Origin: Alphaproteobacteria bacterium
GTDB lineage: Bacteria > Pseudomonadota > Alphaproteobacteria > UBA8366
NCBI GenBank assembly: GCA_009377445.1
Contig: WHUA01000004.1
Location: forward strand, 85,273-149,272
Direction of reading: 5' to 3'
Length of the DNA: 64,000 nt
Below are positions 8,966-19,755 of this stretch, piece after piece. Position 1 is the stretch's first letter, and every line of letters begins with the position of its first letter. The notes beneath the pieces were generated by a model that saw only the letters and a program-made list of their open reading frames with translations, was not told where the DNA came from and did not search any database. Made by a program: the position numbers and the translations under genes.

Positions 8966-9889
8966 TCAGAGGGTCGCCGGGTCGATGTAGTAGGTGTCGT
9001 CCGGCGCCACGGTCAGATCCCACAGCATCCGCGCGCCGACCGCCAGCACCATGATCGCCAGCATCATCCGGAGCCGGTCGGCGGAAATGCGCGGCGCCAG
9101 CCGGGCGCCGAGCTGTGCGCCGACGACGCCGCCCACCAGCAGGAGCAGGGTCAGCACGATATCGACCGTCTGGAAGCGCTGCGCCTGCAGGAAGGTCACG
9201 TTGGCGGTGACGAAGATGATCATGAACAGCGAGGTGCCAACGACGACGGCGGTGCGCATTCCGATGAGGTAGATCATCAGCGGGACCATCAGAAATCCGC
9301 CGCCGACGCCCATGATCGCCGAAAGGATGCCGCCGACGAGGCCGACCGCGACCGGCAAGATCGCGCTGATGTAGAGGTGCGAGCGGTAGAATCGCATCTT
9401 GAGCGGCAGGCCGTGCATCCAGGTATGCCGGTGCGGCCCGCGATCCTGAACCCGCGGCATGCCCTTGCGCGCCTTGAACAAAGTGCGCAGCCCCTCGATC
9501 AGCATCAAACTGCCGATGGTTCCGAGCAGAATCACGTAGCTGAGCGCCACGACGAGGTCGACCTGGCCGTATTCGCGCAATACACCGAACAGCCAGACCC
9601 CGACGGTCGAGCCGCTCAGCGCGCCGATCAACAGGACGCCCCCCATCTTCACGTCGACATTGCCGCGCCGCCAGTGGACGAGCACGCCCGAGACGGAGGC
9701 GCCGAGCACCTGATTGGCGCCGGACGCAACGGCGACCGGTGCGGGAATGCCGAGGAAGATCAACAGCGGCGTCAGCAGGAATCCGCCGCCGACGCCGAAC
9801 AGTCCGGAGAGGAAGCCGACCCCGCCGCCGACCGCGAGAAGCAGGAAGATGTTCTCGGCGAGCTCGGCGATCGGCAGATAGATATACAA
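8966..9889 (-). CDS. TauE/SafE family sulfite/anion exporter (DUF81)
   Basis: 307-aa polytopic protein with duplicated GxGGG motifs (GVGGGFLLTPLL and MGVGGGFLMVPLM). TTG start. Confidence 0.85.
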   Translation of the reverse strand: MYIYLPIAELAENIFLLLAVGGGVGFLSGLFGVGGGFLLTPLLIFLGIPAPVAVASGANQVLGASVSGVLVHWRRGNVDVKMGGVLLIGALSGSTVGVWLFGVLREYGQVDLVVALSYVILLGTIGSLMLIEGLRTLFKARKGMPRVQDRGPHRHTWMHGLPLKMRFYRSHLYISAILPVAVGLVGGILSAIMGVGGGFLMVPLMIYLIGMRTAVVVGTSLFMIIFVTANVTFLQAQRFQTVDIVLTLLLLVGGVVGAQLGARLAPRISADRLRMMLAIMVLAVGARMLWDLTVAPDDTYYIDPATL

Positions 9890-10073
9890 GCGTCGTCCCG
9901 CAGGCGATCAGTTTGATTGGCAAGTGGCCGCCCTGGCCACTGCAACGTGCGGTGGGAATACACGCAGACGGGTGCGCGGTCTAGCGGCCTACTGTCGCAG
10001 CAGAACTAACACAGAAAGGACGCGGCCGGGAAAATTCCGCATCCGTCCGCTCGACCGCGCCAACAGCGGGTCG

Positions 10074-10280
10074 TCAGGCGCGCCGGCCGAGAAAAAGCAT
10101 AGCCGCGCCCACGGCTATGCCGACGGCACCCAGGATGAGATACAGCATCGTAGAGTCGGTAAACTTCCCGGTAAATGCCTCGGAAATCCGATCCGCAGGC
10201 GCGTCGGACGCGTTGATGCCGAATATCAGCAGCACAACGCCCAACACCAACAGCACGACGGCGATCGCTCGACCATTCAT
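10074..10280 (-). CDS. Small two-TM membrane protein (DUF3185-like)
   Basis: 68-aa ORF with ATG preceded by GGAGG and two hydrophobic helices. The family assignment is from memory only. Confidence 0.6.
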   Translation of the reverse strand: MNGRAIAVVLLVLGVVLLIFGINASDAPADRISEAFTGKFTDSTMLYLILGAVGIAVGAAMLFLGRRA

Positions 10281-10670
10281 AGGAACCTCCTGTGCCTCAT
10301 CACGCGCCGGAAAGGGCCGGCCTGACCCTCGAACGACACATCAACGCGGTCGCCGGTAACAGGTTCCGCCGAATCAGGAACGGGCTTTGCTGCGCCTGGC
10401 GCGCTCCGCGCGCTTCAGCTTTTCAGCCTCGTCGCCCTCGTTTCGCTGTCCGGCCATGATCCGGCGCCCTTCTGCAATGTGATGCCTGCAGAGAAAACGC
10501 CGGCCCGGAAGGCGCAGTTCCATGCGGCGCGCCGGTCACACCAGGCGCGATTCTGGTAGCCCGGTCTGCACAATCGAGCATCGCTTCGACGCGCCATATG
10601 CTACCTTTTCGGGGATACAGGGGTGCAGGTGACGCGCCCAGATCGAAACAATGGGACGGAGGGCTTGAGA

Positions 10671-11099
10671 ATGCTCAAGGAATTCAAAGAGTTCGCGATG
10701 CGCGGCAACGTGGTCGACATGGCGGTGGGCATTATCATCGGCGTGGCGTTCGGTAAGATCATTTCCTCCCTGGTGCAGGACATCATCATGCCGCCGATCG
10801 GCAAGCTGATGGGCAACGTCGATTTCAGCAATCTTTTCATCAACCTTTCGGAGGGAACATTCAATTCGCTGGCAGAGGCCCAGGCAGCGGGTGCGGCGAC
10901 CGTCAACTACGGATTGTTCATCAACACCGTTCTGGATTTCTTGATCGTCGCCTTTGCGATCTTCATGGTGATCCGCGCCATGAACAAATTTAAGCGGAAG
11001 GAAGAGCCGGCGCCGGCGACGACGAAGGAATGCCCGGAATGCCTGTCGACGATTCCGCTCAAGGCCAAGCGTTGCGCCCATTGCACGGCGGCGGTTTGA
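10671..11099 (+). CDS. mscL: Large-conductance mechanosensitive channel MscL
   Basis: [31 protein letters not shown] is the canonical MscL N terminus. ATG 10671 follows GGAGGG. A C-terminal CPEC...CAHC extension is present. Confidence 0.9.
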   Translation: MLKEFKEFAMRGNVVDMAVGIIIGVAFGKIISSLVQDIIMPPIGKLMGNVDFSNLFINLSEGTFNSLAEAQAAGAATVNYGLFINTVLDFLIVAFAIFMVIRAMNKFKRKEEPAPATTKECPECLSTIPLKAKRCAHCTAAV

Positions 11100-11165
11100 T
11101 CGGGATTCATCGCCCGCCGGCCTGAATGCGGCGGAGTGCGGCCCTGCGGCCGGCGCGGCAGTTCG

Positions 11166-11621
11166 TCATGCCGCCCTGGCCGCAGCCGACCGCGCGAAGG
11201 CCCATTCGATGAGCTTGCTGGAGCAGGCGAACACGAGCAGCGGATAGATTCCGGCGGCGGTCACGGCGTCGCTGGAAAAGGCTCCCTTCGCGACGAAAAT
11301 CAGCAGCGCGACCATGAAGATGTCGAAAAAGGCGACGGGCGCGAACTGCCCGGCGAGCAGCGCCAGCTTCGGCCGGTAGGGCGCCGCCACATAGGCCAGC
11401 GTCTTGACGACCGGAAACACGATGCCGAGAAGGAAGACGGCCGCGGCCAGCAGCCATTCGCCGTTCTCCGCCAGGACCAGCGGAACCCTGTAGAGCACGA
11501 TCTCGCTGGTGAAGACGTAGAGATGGCTGACCGTGACGAGCGGCAGCACAAGGCCCGCACCGAATGCGCATAAATTTAGGATCGCCCATGCGGGCCACCA
11601 ATGCGACGCCTTCAAGTCCAA
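11166..11621 (-). CDS. PqiA-family (paraquat-inducible protein A-like) membrane protein, single domain
   Basis: 151-aa four-helix membrane protein. FDIFMVALLIF and the overall pattern resemble a PqiA half-domain. TTG start. Confidence 0.6.
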   Translation of the reverse strand: MDLKASHWWPAWAILNLCAFGAGLVLPLVTVSHLYVFTSEIVLYRVPLVLAENGEWLLAAAVFLLGIVFPVVKTLAYVAAPYRPKLALLAGQFAPVAFFDIFMVALLIFVAKGAFSSDAVTAAGIYPLLVFACSSKLIEWAFARSAAARAA

Positions 11622-11777
11622 CCCCGCCTCGTTTCCGACCGGAGCCTACACGGAGGGACCGGCGCTCGCCACCCGGCAGTCACGCTCAAGTGACCGGGTA
11701 TCCCCTTCCGATTCCGCAGGCGCTTCCCACCTAGAGTTTGGGGGGACGGGCGGCCTTGATTCGGGAGCCTCGATCTC

Positions 11778-12914
11778 ATGAGCAACAATCGGAAGCCGCG
11801 CGGCGCCTCGAAGAACGAGGAGACGGTGCTCGTGCTGCAAGGCGGCGGCGCGCTGGGCGCATACCAGGCCGGGGTCTACGAAGAGCTGATGCGGACCGGC
11901 CATGCGCCGGATTGGATCGCCGGCATCTCCATCGGCGCCATCAATGCGGCGATCATCGCCGGCAACCCGCCGGAGCGGCGCGTCGAGCGCCTGCGCGCTT
12001 TCTGGGACCTGGTGTCGTCGCAACTTCTGCTAGGACCAATCGGGCCGGGCGAGCAGGCTCGCAGTTTCTTCAATGACGCGAGCGCATCCTTCGCGGTCCT
12101 GTTCGGCCTGCCCGGCTTTTTCGAGCCGCGCATGCCGCCCGCCTGGGCCTACCCGCTCGGCGCGGCGCAAAGCCTCAGCTTCTACGACACGGCGCCGCTG
12201 CGGCGAACGCTGACGGAGCTTGTCGACTTCGATCTCATCAACGCCAAAAGGCTGCGGCTGAGCGTCGGGGCGGTGAATATCCGCAACGGCAACTTCATCT
12301 ATTTCGACAACGAAGAGCAGGACATCCGGCCCGAGCACATCATGGCCAGCTCGGCCTTGCCCCCCGGCTTCCCGCCGGTCGAGGTTGATGGAGAGTTTTA
12401 CTGGGACGGCGGCCTCGTTTCGAACACGCCGCTGCAATTCGTGCTCGACGAGGTGCCGCGCCCGGACATGCTGGTCTTCCAGGTCGACCTGTTCAGCGCG
12501 CGGGGCCTGATGCCGCGCTCGCTGTTCGACGTCTCCGAGCGGGAAAAGGATATCCGCTATTCCAGCCGGACCCGGCTGAATACCGACTTCGCTCGCCATA
12601 ATCAAAACCTGCGGCGCGCCACGCATCGCCTGCTGGCAAAGCTGCCCGCCAGCCTGCGCGAGGACGCGGACGTCAAGCTGCTACGCTCGGCGAACTGCGA
12701 CGCGGCAGTGACCATCGTCCACCTCATCCACCGGCGGAAGGACTACTTCACCCAGTCGAAGGACTTCGAATTTTCCCGTTATTCCATCGACGAGCATTGG
12801 AAGGCCGGCGGCGACGACGTCCGCAGGACCTTCCGCCACAAGGCCTGGCAGAACCGCAGCAAGCCGACGGACGACGTGACCGTCTTCGACCTGACGCGCG
12901 ACGCGCGCGACTGA
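11778..12914 (+). CDS. Patatin-like phospholipase
   Basis: Has the oxyanion [11 protein letters not shown] motif, the nucleophile elbow GISIGA (GxSxG) and the DGG motif ([11 protein letters not shown]). The C-terminal extension is typical of the DUF3734-containing subgroup. Confidence 0.85.
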   Translation: MSNNRKPRGASKNEETVLVLQGGGALGAYQAGVYEELMRTGHAPDWIAGISIGAINAAIIAGNPPERRVERLRAFWDLVSSQLLLGPIGPGEQARSFFNDASASFAVLFGLPGFFEPRMPPAWAYPLGAAQSLSFYDTAPLRRTLTELVDFDLINAKRLRLSVGAVNIRNGNFIYFDNEEQDIRPEHIMASSALPPGFPPVEVDGEFYWDGGLVSNTPLQFVLDEVPRPDMLVFQVDLFSARGLMPRSLFDVSEREKDIRYSSRTRLNTDFARHNQNLRRATHRLLAKLPASLREDADVKLLRSANCDAAVTIVHLIHRRKDYFTQSKDFEFSRYSIDEHWKAGGDDVRRTFRHKAWQNRSKPTDDVTVFDLTRDARD

Positions 12915-12948
12915 CTTGAACCACAGACTTGAATCAAGGAGCCCGACC

Positions 12949-13731
12949 ATGAGAATGCATGACAAGGTCGCCATCGTCACCGGCGCGGCGCAGGGCATCG
13001 GCGAATGCATCGCGCGGCGCTACGTCGAAGAGGGCGCCCGCGTCGCCATTGCCGACATCAAGCTCGAAGCCGCCACGGAAACCGCCAAGAAACTGACCGC
13101 GGCGGGTCCCGGCGAAGCCATCGGCATCGCCATGGACGTCACCAGCGAGAAGGCCGTCAACGACGGCGTGGCCCAGGTCGCCGAGCGATGGGGCGACATC
13201 GACGTGCTCGTGTCGAACGCCGGCATCCAGATCGTCTACAAGATCGAGGATTTCCCGTTCGCCGACTGGAAGAGGATGCTCGCGATCCACCTCGACGGCG
13301 CGTTCCTCACCACGAAGGCCTGTATCCCCCACATGTACAGGAAGGGCGGCGGCTCGATCATCTACATGGGATCGGTTCATTCGAAGGAGGCATCGCCGCT
13401 CAAGTCAGCCTATGTGACGGCCAAGCATGGCCTGCTCGGCCTCGCCCGCGTCGTCTCCAAGGAAGGCGCGGAGCACGGCGTGCGCGCCAACGTCATCTGT
13501 CCGGGCTTCATCAGGACCCCGCTCGTCGAGAAGCAGATCCCCGAGCAGGCGAAGGAGCTCGGCATCTCCGAGAAGGACGTGGTGGAGAAGATCATGCTGG
13601 GCGGCACGGTGGACAAGCAATTCACGACCGTCGAGGACGTCGCCGAGATCGCCCTCCTCTTCGCCGCCTTCCCCACCAATGCGCTGACCGGGCAATCGCT
13701 GGTGGTCAGCCACGGCTGGTTCATGGAGTGA
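12949..13731 (+). CDS. bdhA: 3-hydroxybutyrate dehydrogenase (SDR)
   Basis: Has TGAAQGIG (cofactor-binding), a YVTAKHG catalytic YxxxK, and the C-terminal [24 protein letters not shown]...VVSHGWFME typical of BdhA. ATG 12949 follows AAGGAG. Confidence 0.85.
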   Translation: MRMHDKVAIVTGAAQGIGECIARRYVEEGARVAIADIKLEAATETAKKLTAAGPGEAIGIAMDVTSEKAVNDGVAQVAERWGDIDVLVSNAGIQIVYKIEDFPFADWKRMLAIHLDGAFLTTKACIPHMYRKGGGSIIYMGSVHSKEASPLKSAYVTAKHGLLGLARVVSKEGAEHGVRANVICPGFIRTPLVEKQIPEQAKELGISEKDVVEKIMLGGTVDKQFTTVEDVAEIALLFAAFPTNALTGQSLVVSHGWFME

Positions 13732-13874
13732 GAGCCGTCCGGTAACCATTCGGCGGTCGGCTGGATCGCGCCGATGGACTCCCCGGACAAGCCGGGGAGT
13801 GCCGATTTGTATTTAAATTCAAATATTTACCGTCATGCCGCGGCCGGTATCCGCGCTGCGCATTCCGAGACCCG

Positions 13875-15698
13875 GTGCTGGTACTCAGCAGCGTGATTTT
13901 TGCCGCGTCGTGCAACCAGACCTATACTTCGGGGCCGAACCGGAACCAGACGGAAGCGCCCGCCGTGCCCGACCCCATCGACCCGATCCGCCTCGAGCTC
14001 ATCAAGAACGCGCTGGTCATGATCTCCGACAACATGATGGTGTCGGTGCTGCGGACCTCGCGCTCGACCCTGGTCAAGGCGAACATGGACTTCTCCGCCT
14101 CGATCTGCGACGCGGACGGCAGCATGGTCGGCCAGGGGCTGGCGCTGCCGGGCCATCTCGGCGCGACCATGCCGGCGCTCAAGGGCTGCCTCGATTATTT
14201 CGGCGACGACATCGCGCCGGGCGACATCTTCGCCAACAACGACCCCTACGCCGGCGGCAGCCATCTCAACGACATCTTCATGTTCAAGCCGGTATTCAAG
14301 GATGGCGAGCGCATCTGCTTTCTCGGCCTGATCCTCCACCATACCGACCTCGCGGGCCGCGTCGCCGGCGGACAGGCGGCCGACAGCAACGAGATCTTCG
14401 AGGAAGGGCTTCGCATCCCGCCGAGCAAGATCTATCAGGCCGGCAAGCGCAACGACACGCTGTTCCGCATCATCGAGCACAACACCCGCGTGCCCGATAC
14501 GGTGCTGGGCGACGTGCGCGCGCAGATCGCCGCGCTCAATGCCGGCGCGGCGGAAATCGAGAAGCTGGTCGACCTCTACGGCGCGATCGAGCTGAAGAAA
14601 TACATGAGCGCACTGATCGACTACACCGAGCGGCTGGTGCGAAGCTGCATCCGCGACCTGCCCGACGGGGAAGCCGAGTTCACGGATTACAACGACGACG
14701 ACGGCGTGGGCGGAGGCCCGGTCAAGCTGCACGTGAAGCTCACGGTGAAGGGCGACGAGATCGTCGCCGACTTCACCGGCACCTCGCCGCAGAAGGGCGG
14801 CGCGCTGCACACAAACTACTGGTTCACGGCATCCCTCACCTATGCCGCGCTGCGCGCCGTCATGCCGCCCGACACGCCCAACAACGCCGGCTTCTACCGC
14901 CCCATCACGGTGATCGCGCCCGAGGGAAGCTGGGTCAACCCGCGCTTTCCCGCCGCGCTCGGCGCGCGCGGCCAGGGCGGTTATCGCGTGCGCACGCTTG
15001 TATCCGGCGCGCTCGCGATGCTGCTCCCCGGCCGCATGCCCGCCTGTCCCGGCGGCAACGAGTTCGGCCTGTCGGTCACCGGCCTGACGCCCGAGCGGCG
15101 GCGCTTCCTGCACGTCGAGTTCCACAACATGACGGGGCGCGGCGGCGGCCCGGACGCGGACGGCCAGGACGGCGGCCCCTACTGGCTCGGCAACCTGTCG
15201 AACACGCCGGTCGAGGTGATCGAGGCGGAGAACCCGCTGCTGATCGAGGAATACGGCTTCCTGCCCGACACCGGCGGTCCCGGCAAGTATCGCGGCGGGC
15301 TCGGCGTCGTCCGCCAGTATCGCCTGCTCAACGAGACCGCCACGGTGCAGCAGCGCGCCGACCGGCACCTCTATCCCTGCTGGGGCCTGTTCGGCGGCAA
15401 GCCGGGCGCGCTGTCGAAGTCGTACTTCATCCGCGACGGCAAGCGCGAGGAATCGCCGGCCAAGTTCGTGCGGCCGATGAAGAAGGGCGAGGTCTTCCGC
15501 TCCGAGATGGCGGGCTCCGGCGGCTACGGCGACCCCTTCGAGCGCGACCCCGCGGCCGTCGCCGAAGACGTGCGGCAGGAGAAGATGAGCATCGCCCATG
15601 CCGAGCGCGAATACGGCGTCGCCGTCGACCCGGACACGCTCACCCTCGACCGGCAGCGCACTACCATGCTTCGTCAGAATGCAGGGCGCGCGCGATGA
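13875..15698 (+). CDS. hyuB: Hydantoinase B/oxoprolinase family protein
   Basis: DPIRLELIKNALVMISDNMM and NDPYAGGSHLNDIFMFKPVF are HyuB hallmarks. An alternative GTG start at 13965 would give the usual short N terminus. Confidence 0.85.
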   Translation: MLVLSSVIFAASCNQTYTSGPNRNQTEAPAVPDPIDPIRLELIKNALVMISDNMMVSVLRTSRSTLVKANMDFSASICDADGSMVGQGLALPGHLGATMPALKGCLDYFGDDIAPGDIFANNDPYAGGSHLNDIFMFKPVFKDGERICFLGLILHHTDLAGRVAGGQAADSNEIFEEGLRIPPSKIYQAGKRNDTLFRIIEHNTRVPDTVLGDVRAQIAALNAGAAEIEKLVDLYGAIELKKYMSALIDYTERLVRSCIRDLPDGEAEFTDYNDDDGVGGGPVKLHVKLTVKGDEIVADFTGTSPQKGGALHTNYWFTASLTYAALRAVMPPDTPNNAGFYRPITVIAPEGSWVNPRFPAALGARGQGGYRVRTLVSGALAMLLPGRMPACPGGNEFGLSVTGLTPERRRFLHVEFHNMTGRGGGPDADGQDGGPYWLGNLSNTPVEVIEAENPLLIEEYGFLPDTGGPGKYRGGLGVVRQYRLLNETATVQQRADRHLYPCWGLFGGKPGALSKSYFIRDGKREESPAKFVRPMKKGEVFRSEMAGSGGYGDPFERDPAAVAEDVRQEKMSIAHAEREYGVAVDPDTLTLDRQRTTMLRQNAGRAR

Positions 15699-17776
15699 AA
15701 TACCGGCTCGGCGTCGACATCGGCGGCACCTTTACCGACATCGTGCTGCTGGGCGAAAGCGGCGCGGTCGAAACCAAGAAAATCCTCTCCACGCCCGACG
15801 ACTACAGCCGCGCGATCGAGGACGGCATCCGCGGGCTCCTCGCCGAAACGGGAATCAATCCCGCCGACATCGCCGAGGTGGCGCACGGAACGACCGTGGC
15901 GACCAACGCGATCATCGAGCGCAAGGGTGTCAGGGTCGCGCTGGTGACGACGGAGGGCTTCCGCGACGTGCTGGAGATCGCGCGCTACCGCGCGCCGCGC
16001 CTCTACGACGTCTTCTTTCGCAAGCCGGAACCGCTGGTCGAGCGGCGGCTGCGCTTTCAGGTGCCGGAACGGATCGCTGCCTCGGGTGAAATAGTGACGC
16101 CGCTCGACCGCGACGCCGTTCTTGCGGTGGCGGAGAAATGCGTTGCGGCCGAGGTCGACGCGGTAGCGATCTGCTTCATCAACGCCTACGCCAACGGCGC
16201 ACATGAGGAACAGGCGGCCGCCCTCTTCCGGCAGCGCTACCCCGAGCTTCCGGTCACGGTGTCGAGCGAGCTGGTGCCGCAGATCCAGGAGTACGAGCGC
16301 ACCAGCACGACCGTGGTGAACGCCTATATCCGCCCGGTGATCGAGCGCTACGCGCGCCGGCTCGACGACCGGCTCAAGACCATCGGCATCACCGTACCGC
16401 TCAACATCATGCAGTCCAACGGCGGCGTGCTGCCGGGCGAGCTGGCGGCGCGCAAGCCGATCTTCATCATCGAGTCCGGGCCTGCGGCGGGCGTCGTCGG
16501 TGCGAAGCGGCTCGGCGACCGCATCGGCCTGGGCGACGCCATCGTCTTCGACATGGGCGGCACCACCGCGAAGGCGGCGATCATCGTCGGCGGCGATTAC
16601 GGCATGGCGCCCGAGACGGAGGTCGGCGGCGGCGCGGCACTCGGCCACCGCATGATCCGGGGCGGCGGCTACGTTGTGCAGGCGCCCACCATCGATATCG
16701 CCGAGGTCGGCGCGGGCGGCGGCAGCATCGCCTGGATCGACGCCGGCGGCGGCATCCAGGTCGGGCCGCACAGCGCGGGCGCCGCGCCGGGCCCGGTCTG
16801 CTACGGCCGGGGCGGCACGGAGCCGACGGTCACCGACGCCAATCTGTTGCTGGGCTATCTCAACCCCGACGTCCTGGTCGGCGGCGACCTGAAGCTCGAC
16901 CGGGACGCTGCGGAGAGCGCTGTCGCCGCCATCGGCGGGAAGCTCGGCCAGGATACGACTGCCGCGGCCTACGGCATCCACCTGATCGCCAACGCGCGGA
17001 TGATGCGGGCGCTGAGCGCCGTGTCATCCGAACGCGGCCTGGACCCGGCGAGCTTCGGCATCTTCGCCTTCGGCGGCAACGGCGGGGTGCATGTCTGCGG
17101 CCTCGCCACGGCGCTCGGCATAGAGCGTGTCGTCGTCCCGCCCGCCGCCGGCCTGTTCAGCGCGCTCGGCCTGATCTTCGCCGACGTCGAACATCAATGC
17201 ATCCGCGCCTACTACCGCCCCATCGACAGCCTGGACTTGGATGACCTCAACCGGACCTTCGGCGCGCTGCGCGACGAGGCGGCGGCGCTGCTGACGGCGG
17301 ACGGTTACAGCGATGCAAGGCAGGAGCTGACCTATTCGGCGGAGGTGAAGTACATCGGGCAGAACACGGCCCTGGCCGTGCCGGTGCGAGGCCTGCCGAT
17401 CGGCCGCGCCGACCTGTCGGACATCTCGGAGAGCTTCTCGCTCGCGCACCAGAACGTCTTCGGCTACCGCTCGGACGAAGAGCGCCTGCAGCTCGCCGCG
17501 CTCAAGGCCGTCGGCCGCGGCGTCCCCGATGCGCCCCGTCTGCCGGACGCGATCAAGCTCGGCGACGGCTTCAGGCCGAAGGGCGGCAGCCGGAAAGCCT
17601 ATTTCGGCGAGGATCACGGCTGGCTCGACACCCCCGTGACGGGCCGCGCCGCGCTCGGCCGGAAGCCGCGTCCCGGCCCGCTGATCGTCGAGGAATACGA
17701 TTCGACGACAGTGGTCCGGCCGGGCTGGACGGCCTGCCTCGACGGCTGGAACAACATCGTGCTGATGCGCGGCTAA
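15695..17776 (+). CDS. hyuA: Hydantoinase A/oxoprolinase family protein
   Basis: MKYRLGVDIGGTFTDIVLL is the actin-fold ATPase N terminus of HyuA. Its ATG overlaps the hyuB stop (ATGA). It lies inside the fused ORF 13835..17776. Confidence 0.85.
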   Translation: MKYRLGVDIGGTFTDIVLLGESGAVETKKILSTPDDYSRAIEDGIRGLLAETGINPADIAEVAHGTTVATNAIIERKGVRVALVTTEGFRDVLEIARYRAPRLYDVFFRKPEPLVERRLRFQVPERIAASGEIVTPLDRDAVLAVAEKCVAAEVDAVAICFINAYANGAHEEQAAALFRQRYPELPVTVSSELVPQIQEYERTSTTVVNAYIRPVIERYARRLDDRLKTIGITVPLNIMQSNGGVLPGELAARKPIFIIESGPAAGVVGAKRLGDRIGLGDAIVFDMGGTTAKAAIIVGGDYGMAPETEVGGGAALGHRMIRGGGYVVQAPTIDIAEVGAGGGSIAWIDAGGGIQVGPHSAGAAPGPVCYGRGGTEPTVTDANLLLGYLNPDVLVGGDLKLDRDAAESAVAAIGGKLGQDTTAAAYGIHLIANARMMRALSAVSSERGLDPASFGIFAFGGNGGVHVCGLATALGIERVVVPPAAGLFSALGLIFADVEHQCIRAYYRPIDSLDLDDLNRTFGALRDEAAALLTADGYSDARQELTYSAEVKYIGQNTALAVPVRGLPIGRADLSDISESFSLAHQNVFGYRSDEERLQLAALKAVGRGVPDAPRLPDAIKLGDGFRPKGGSRKAYFGEDHGWLDTPVTGRAALGRKPRPGPLIVEEYDSTTVVRPGWTACLDGWNNIVLMRG

Positions 17777-17777
17777 T

Positions 17778-17871
17778 CCCCCCACCCTGGCCCTCCCCCG
17801 CAAGGGGGGAGGGAAAAGAACTCGTGATATCAAAGTCCTCCCCCCTTGCGGGGGAGGATTTAGGTGGGGGG
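17778..17871. repeat. Nested GC-rich palindromic intergenic element (REP/RIME-like)
   Basis: Two hairpins, CCCTCCCCCGCAAGGGGGGAGGG (17791..17813) and TCCTCCCCCCTTGCGGGGGAGGA (17837..17859), sit in inverted orientation. They are flanked by CCCCCCACC (17778..) and GGTGGGGGG (..17871). Confidence 0.75.
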
Positions 17872-17898
17872 TTGCATTCGCTCCGGCATCGCCGAAGA

Positions 17899-18378
17899 AT
17901 GCACGGACCGATGCCCAGCAAACGCCTCCTCATCGTCGCACATGCGCCGTCGCCGAACACGCGGCGGCTGCTCGATGCCGTGATGAAGGGCGCGCTGGCG
18001 CCCGAGGTCGAGGGCGTCGAGGTGGTGCACAAGCCGCCGCTCGAAGCCGGGCCGGACGACGTGCTCGCGGCGAATGCCGTCATTCTGGGAACGACCGAGA
18101 ATCACGGCTACATGAGCGGCGCGCTGAAGGACTTCTTCGACCGCAGCTACTATCCCATTCTCGAAAAGACGCAGGGCATGCCCTACTGCCTCTACATCCG
18201 CGCCGGGAACGACGGCACAGGCACGCGCCGTGGCGTGGAGACCATCGTCACCGGGTTGCGCTGGCGGGCCGTGCAGGAGCCGCTGATCCTGCGCGGCGAA
18301 TGGCAGGACGCCTTCGTGCCGCCCTGCGAGGAGCTCGGCATGGCGATGGCGGCCGGGCTGGAAGCGGGCGTGTTCTAG
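17899..18378 (+). CDS. Flavodoxin-like fold NAD(P)H-dependent oxidoreductase
   Basis: KRLLIVAHAPSPNTRRL and ILGTTENHGYMSGALKDFFDRSYY resemble the NADPH-dependent FMN reductase/flavodoxin_2 fold. The start is ATG 17899 or 17911; the ORF track start lies inside the REP element. Confidence 0.6.
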   Translation: MHGPMPSKRLLIVAHAPSPNTRRLLDAVMKGALAPEVEGVEVVHKPPLEAGPDDVLAANAVILGTTENHGYMSGALKDFFDRSYYPILEKTQGMPYCLYIRAGNDGTGTRRGVETIVTGLRWRAVQEPLILRGEWQDAFVPPCEELGMAMAAGLEAGVF

Positions 18379-18504
18379 CTCCTGCTCCCAAATCGGTTAG
18401 GTCTGCGGCGTCACTCCCGATATCATGCGGGGATCGGTCCATCGGAGGGAAATCCGCGTGCCGGCCATAAGAAACCCGGCCCGGAAGGAGGTCGAGAGCG
18501 GCGC

Positions 18505-19755
18505 ATGAAGCTGAGCAGTCTCGAATTGGCGATGCTCGACGGCGCGCACGGCAGGGCGGCGCAATGGGCGATCGAGTATCAGCAGCGCGTCGGCGAGTTC
18601 TTCGACGCGGCGGACTTCGTGCCCGTTCGCCTGGTCCATATCAGTACCGACCGAGAGACGATCGGCGACAGCGGCCTTCGCTTCATCGAGGAGCTGGCCG
18701 AGATGCCGCCCGCCGAGCGCAAGCCGCGCGCCTCGGCCTTCGCCGACTTCCGCGGCTTCGACGAGGAAGCCTTCCGCTTCCTGCTGCCCGGACGCGACCT
18801 GGCGGGAGAAAGCGAGCAAGCCGTGACCGCGCTCGGCAGGCTCGGCATCGCGGCGTCCCATGCCTATGTGAACGATCACTCGGTGACGGCGCCCGCTTTC
18901 GGCGAGGCTTGCGGCTATTCGGGAACGCCGTCCGTCATCTACATGAACAGCTTCGTCGGCGCGCGCTGCAATTTCGAGGCGGGTCCGTCGACCCTCGCCG
19001 CTTTCTTCACCGGGCGCGTGCCGCGCTATGGCTTCCACCTCAACCAGGCGCGCCGTGCGACGCATGCCATCCGCCTCGACTTCACGCCCAAGCACGTCGC
19101 CGAATGGGGGGCGGTCGGCGCCATCATCGGCCGCAAGCTGAATTCCTACTGGTCGGTGCCGGCGATCGAAGTCGCCGCCGCGCGCCCGGCCGTTCTGTCG
19201 CTCAACCACATGGCGCTCAATCTCGCCAGCTACGGCTCGATCGCCATGTGCCACGTCATCGGCGTGACCCCGGAAGCGCCGGACTGGCAATCCGTGACGG
19301 CAGGCCAGCGCATCGGCACCCTCGACACGATCACCCGCAAGGACGTGCGGGATTTTCTCGATTCCTGGGGCGGCGTCGGCGAGGCGGTGGACGTGGTGGC
19401 GCTGTCGACGCCGCAGCTCGGCATCGTCGAGATCGGCGAAGTGGCGGAGCTGCTCGCCGGCCGGAAAGTTCACCCCGACACGACGCTGCTGGTCTACGCG
19501 CCGCGCGAGGTCAAGCAGGCCGCCGCGGCCATCGGCTACGCGAAGGCCATCGCGGACGCGGGCGGCCTGCTGGTGCACGGGCACGACTTCTTCGCGACCT
19601 TCGCGAAGGAAATCCGCGAAAGCCACGGCTGGCAGCGGCTCATGACGCATTCCGTCAAGGTCGCGAACATCTGCGAAGGCTACGGCTACAAGCCGACGCC
19701 CGCGTCGATCCGCCGCTGCATCGATTCCGCTGTCGCCGGAAAGGTGCTGCCGTGA
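18505..19755 (+). CDS. Aconitase X catalytic (large) subunit, DUF521 family
   Basis: 416 aa. The N-terminal MKLSSLELAMLDGAHGRAAQWAIE and the overall pattern match DUF521/AcnX as I know it. It is followed by the cognate swivel subunit. Confidence 0.75.
   Translation: MKLSSLELAMLDGAHGRAAQWAIEYQQRVGEFFDAADFVPVRLVHISTDRETIGDSGLRFIEELAEMPPAERKPRASAFADFRGFDEEAFRFLLPGRDLAGESEQAVTALGRLGIAASHAYVNDHSVTAPAFGEACGYSGTPSVIYMNSFVGARCNFEAGPSTLAAFFTGRVPRYGFHLNQARRATHAIRLDFTPKHVAEWGAVGAIIGRKLNSYWSVPAIEVAAARPAVLSLNHMALNLASYGSIAMCHVIGVTPEAPDWQSVTAGQRIGTLDTITRKDVRDFLDSWGGVGEAVDVVALSTPQLGIVEIGEVAELLAGRKVHPDTTLLVYAPREVKQAAAAIGYAKAIADAGGLLVHGHDFFATFAKEIRESHGWQRLMTHSVKVANICEGYGYKPTPASIRRCIDSAVAGKVLP

Noticed and set aside
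10374-10597. Small Arg-rich minus-strand ORFs between the DUF3185 gene and mscL: the 60-aa track ORF 10415-10597, and a 49-aa ORF MELRLPGRRFLCRHHIAEGRRIMAGQRNEGDEAEKLKRAERARRSKARS at 10374-10523.
   Set aside because: The frames overlap one another. Neither has a convincing SD or a family I can name with confidence, so they may be noise in a GC-rich spacer.
13833-15599. 588-aa ORF antisense to the hydantoinase B gene. Similar long shadow ORFs occur at 36648-38201(-), 41313-42995(+), 28157-29743(+), 8793-9923(-) and 15674-16981(-).
   Set aside because: Each lies opposite a gene with clear family motifs. The products are Arg/Gly/Asp/His-rich low-complexity translations typical of the antisense frame of high-GC genes. 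None has an SD or a recognisable domain.
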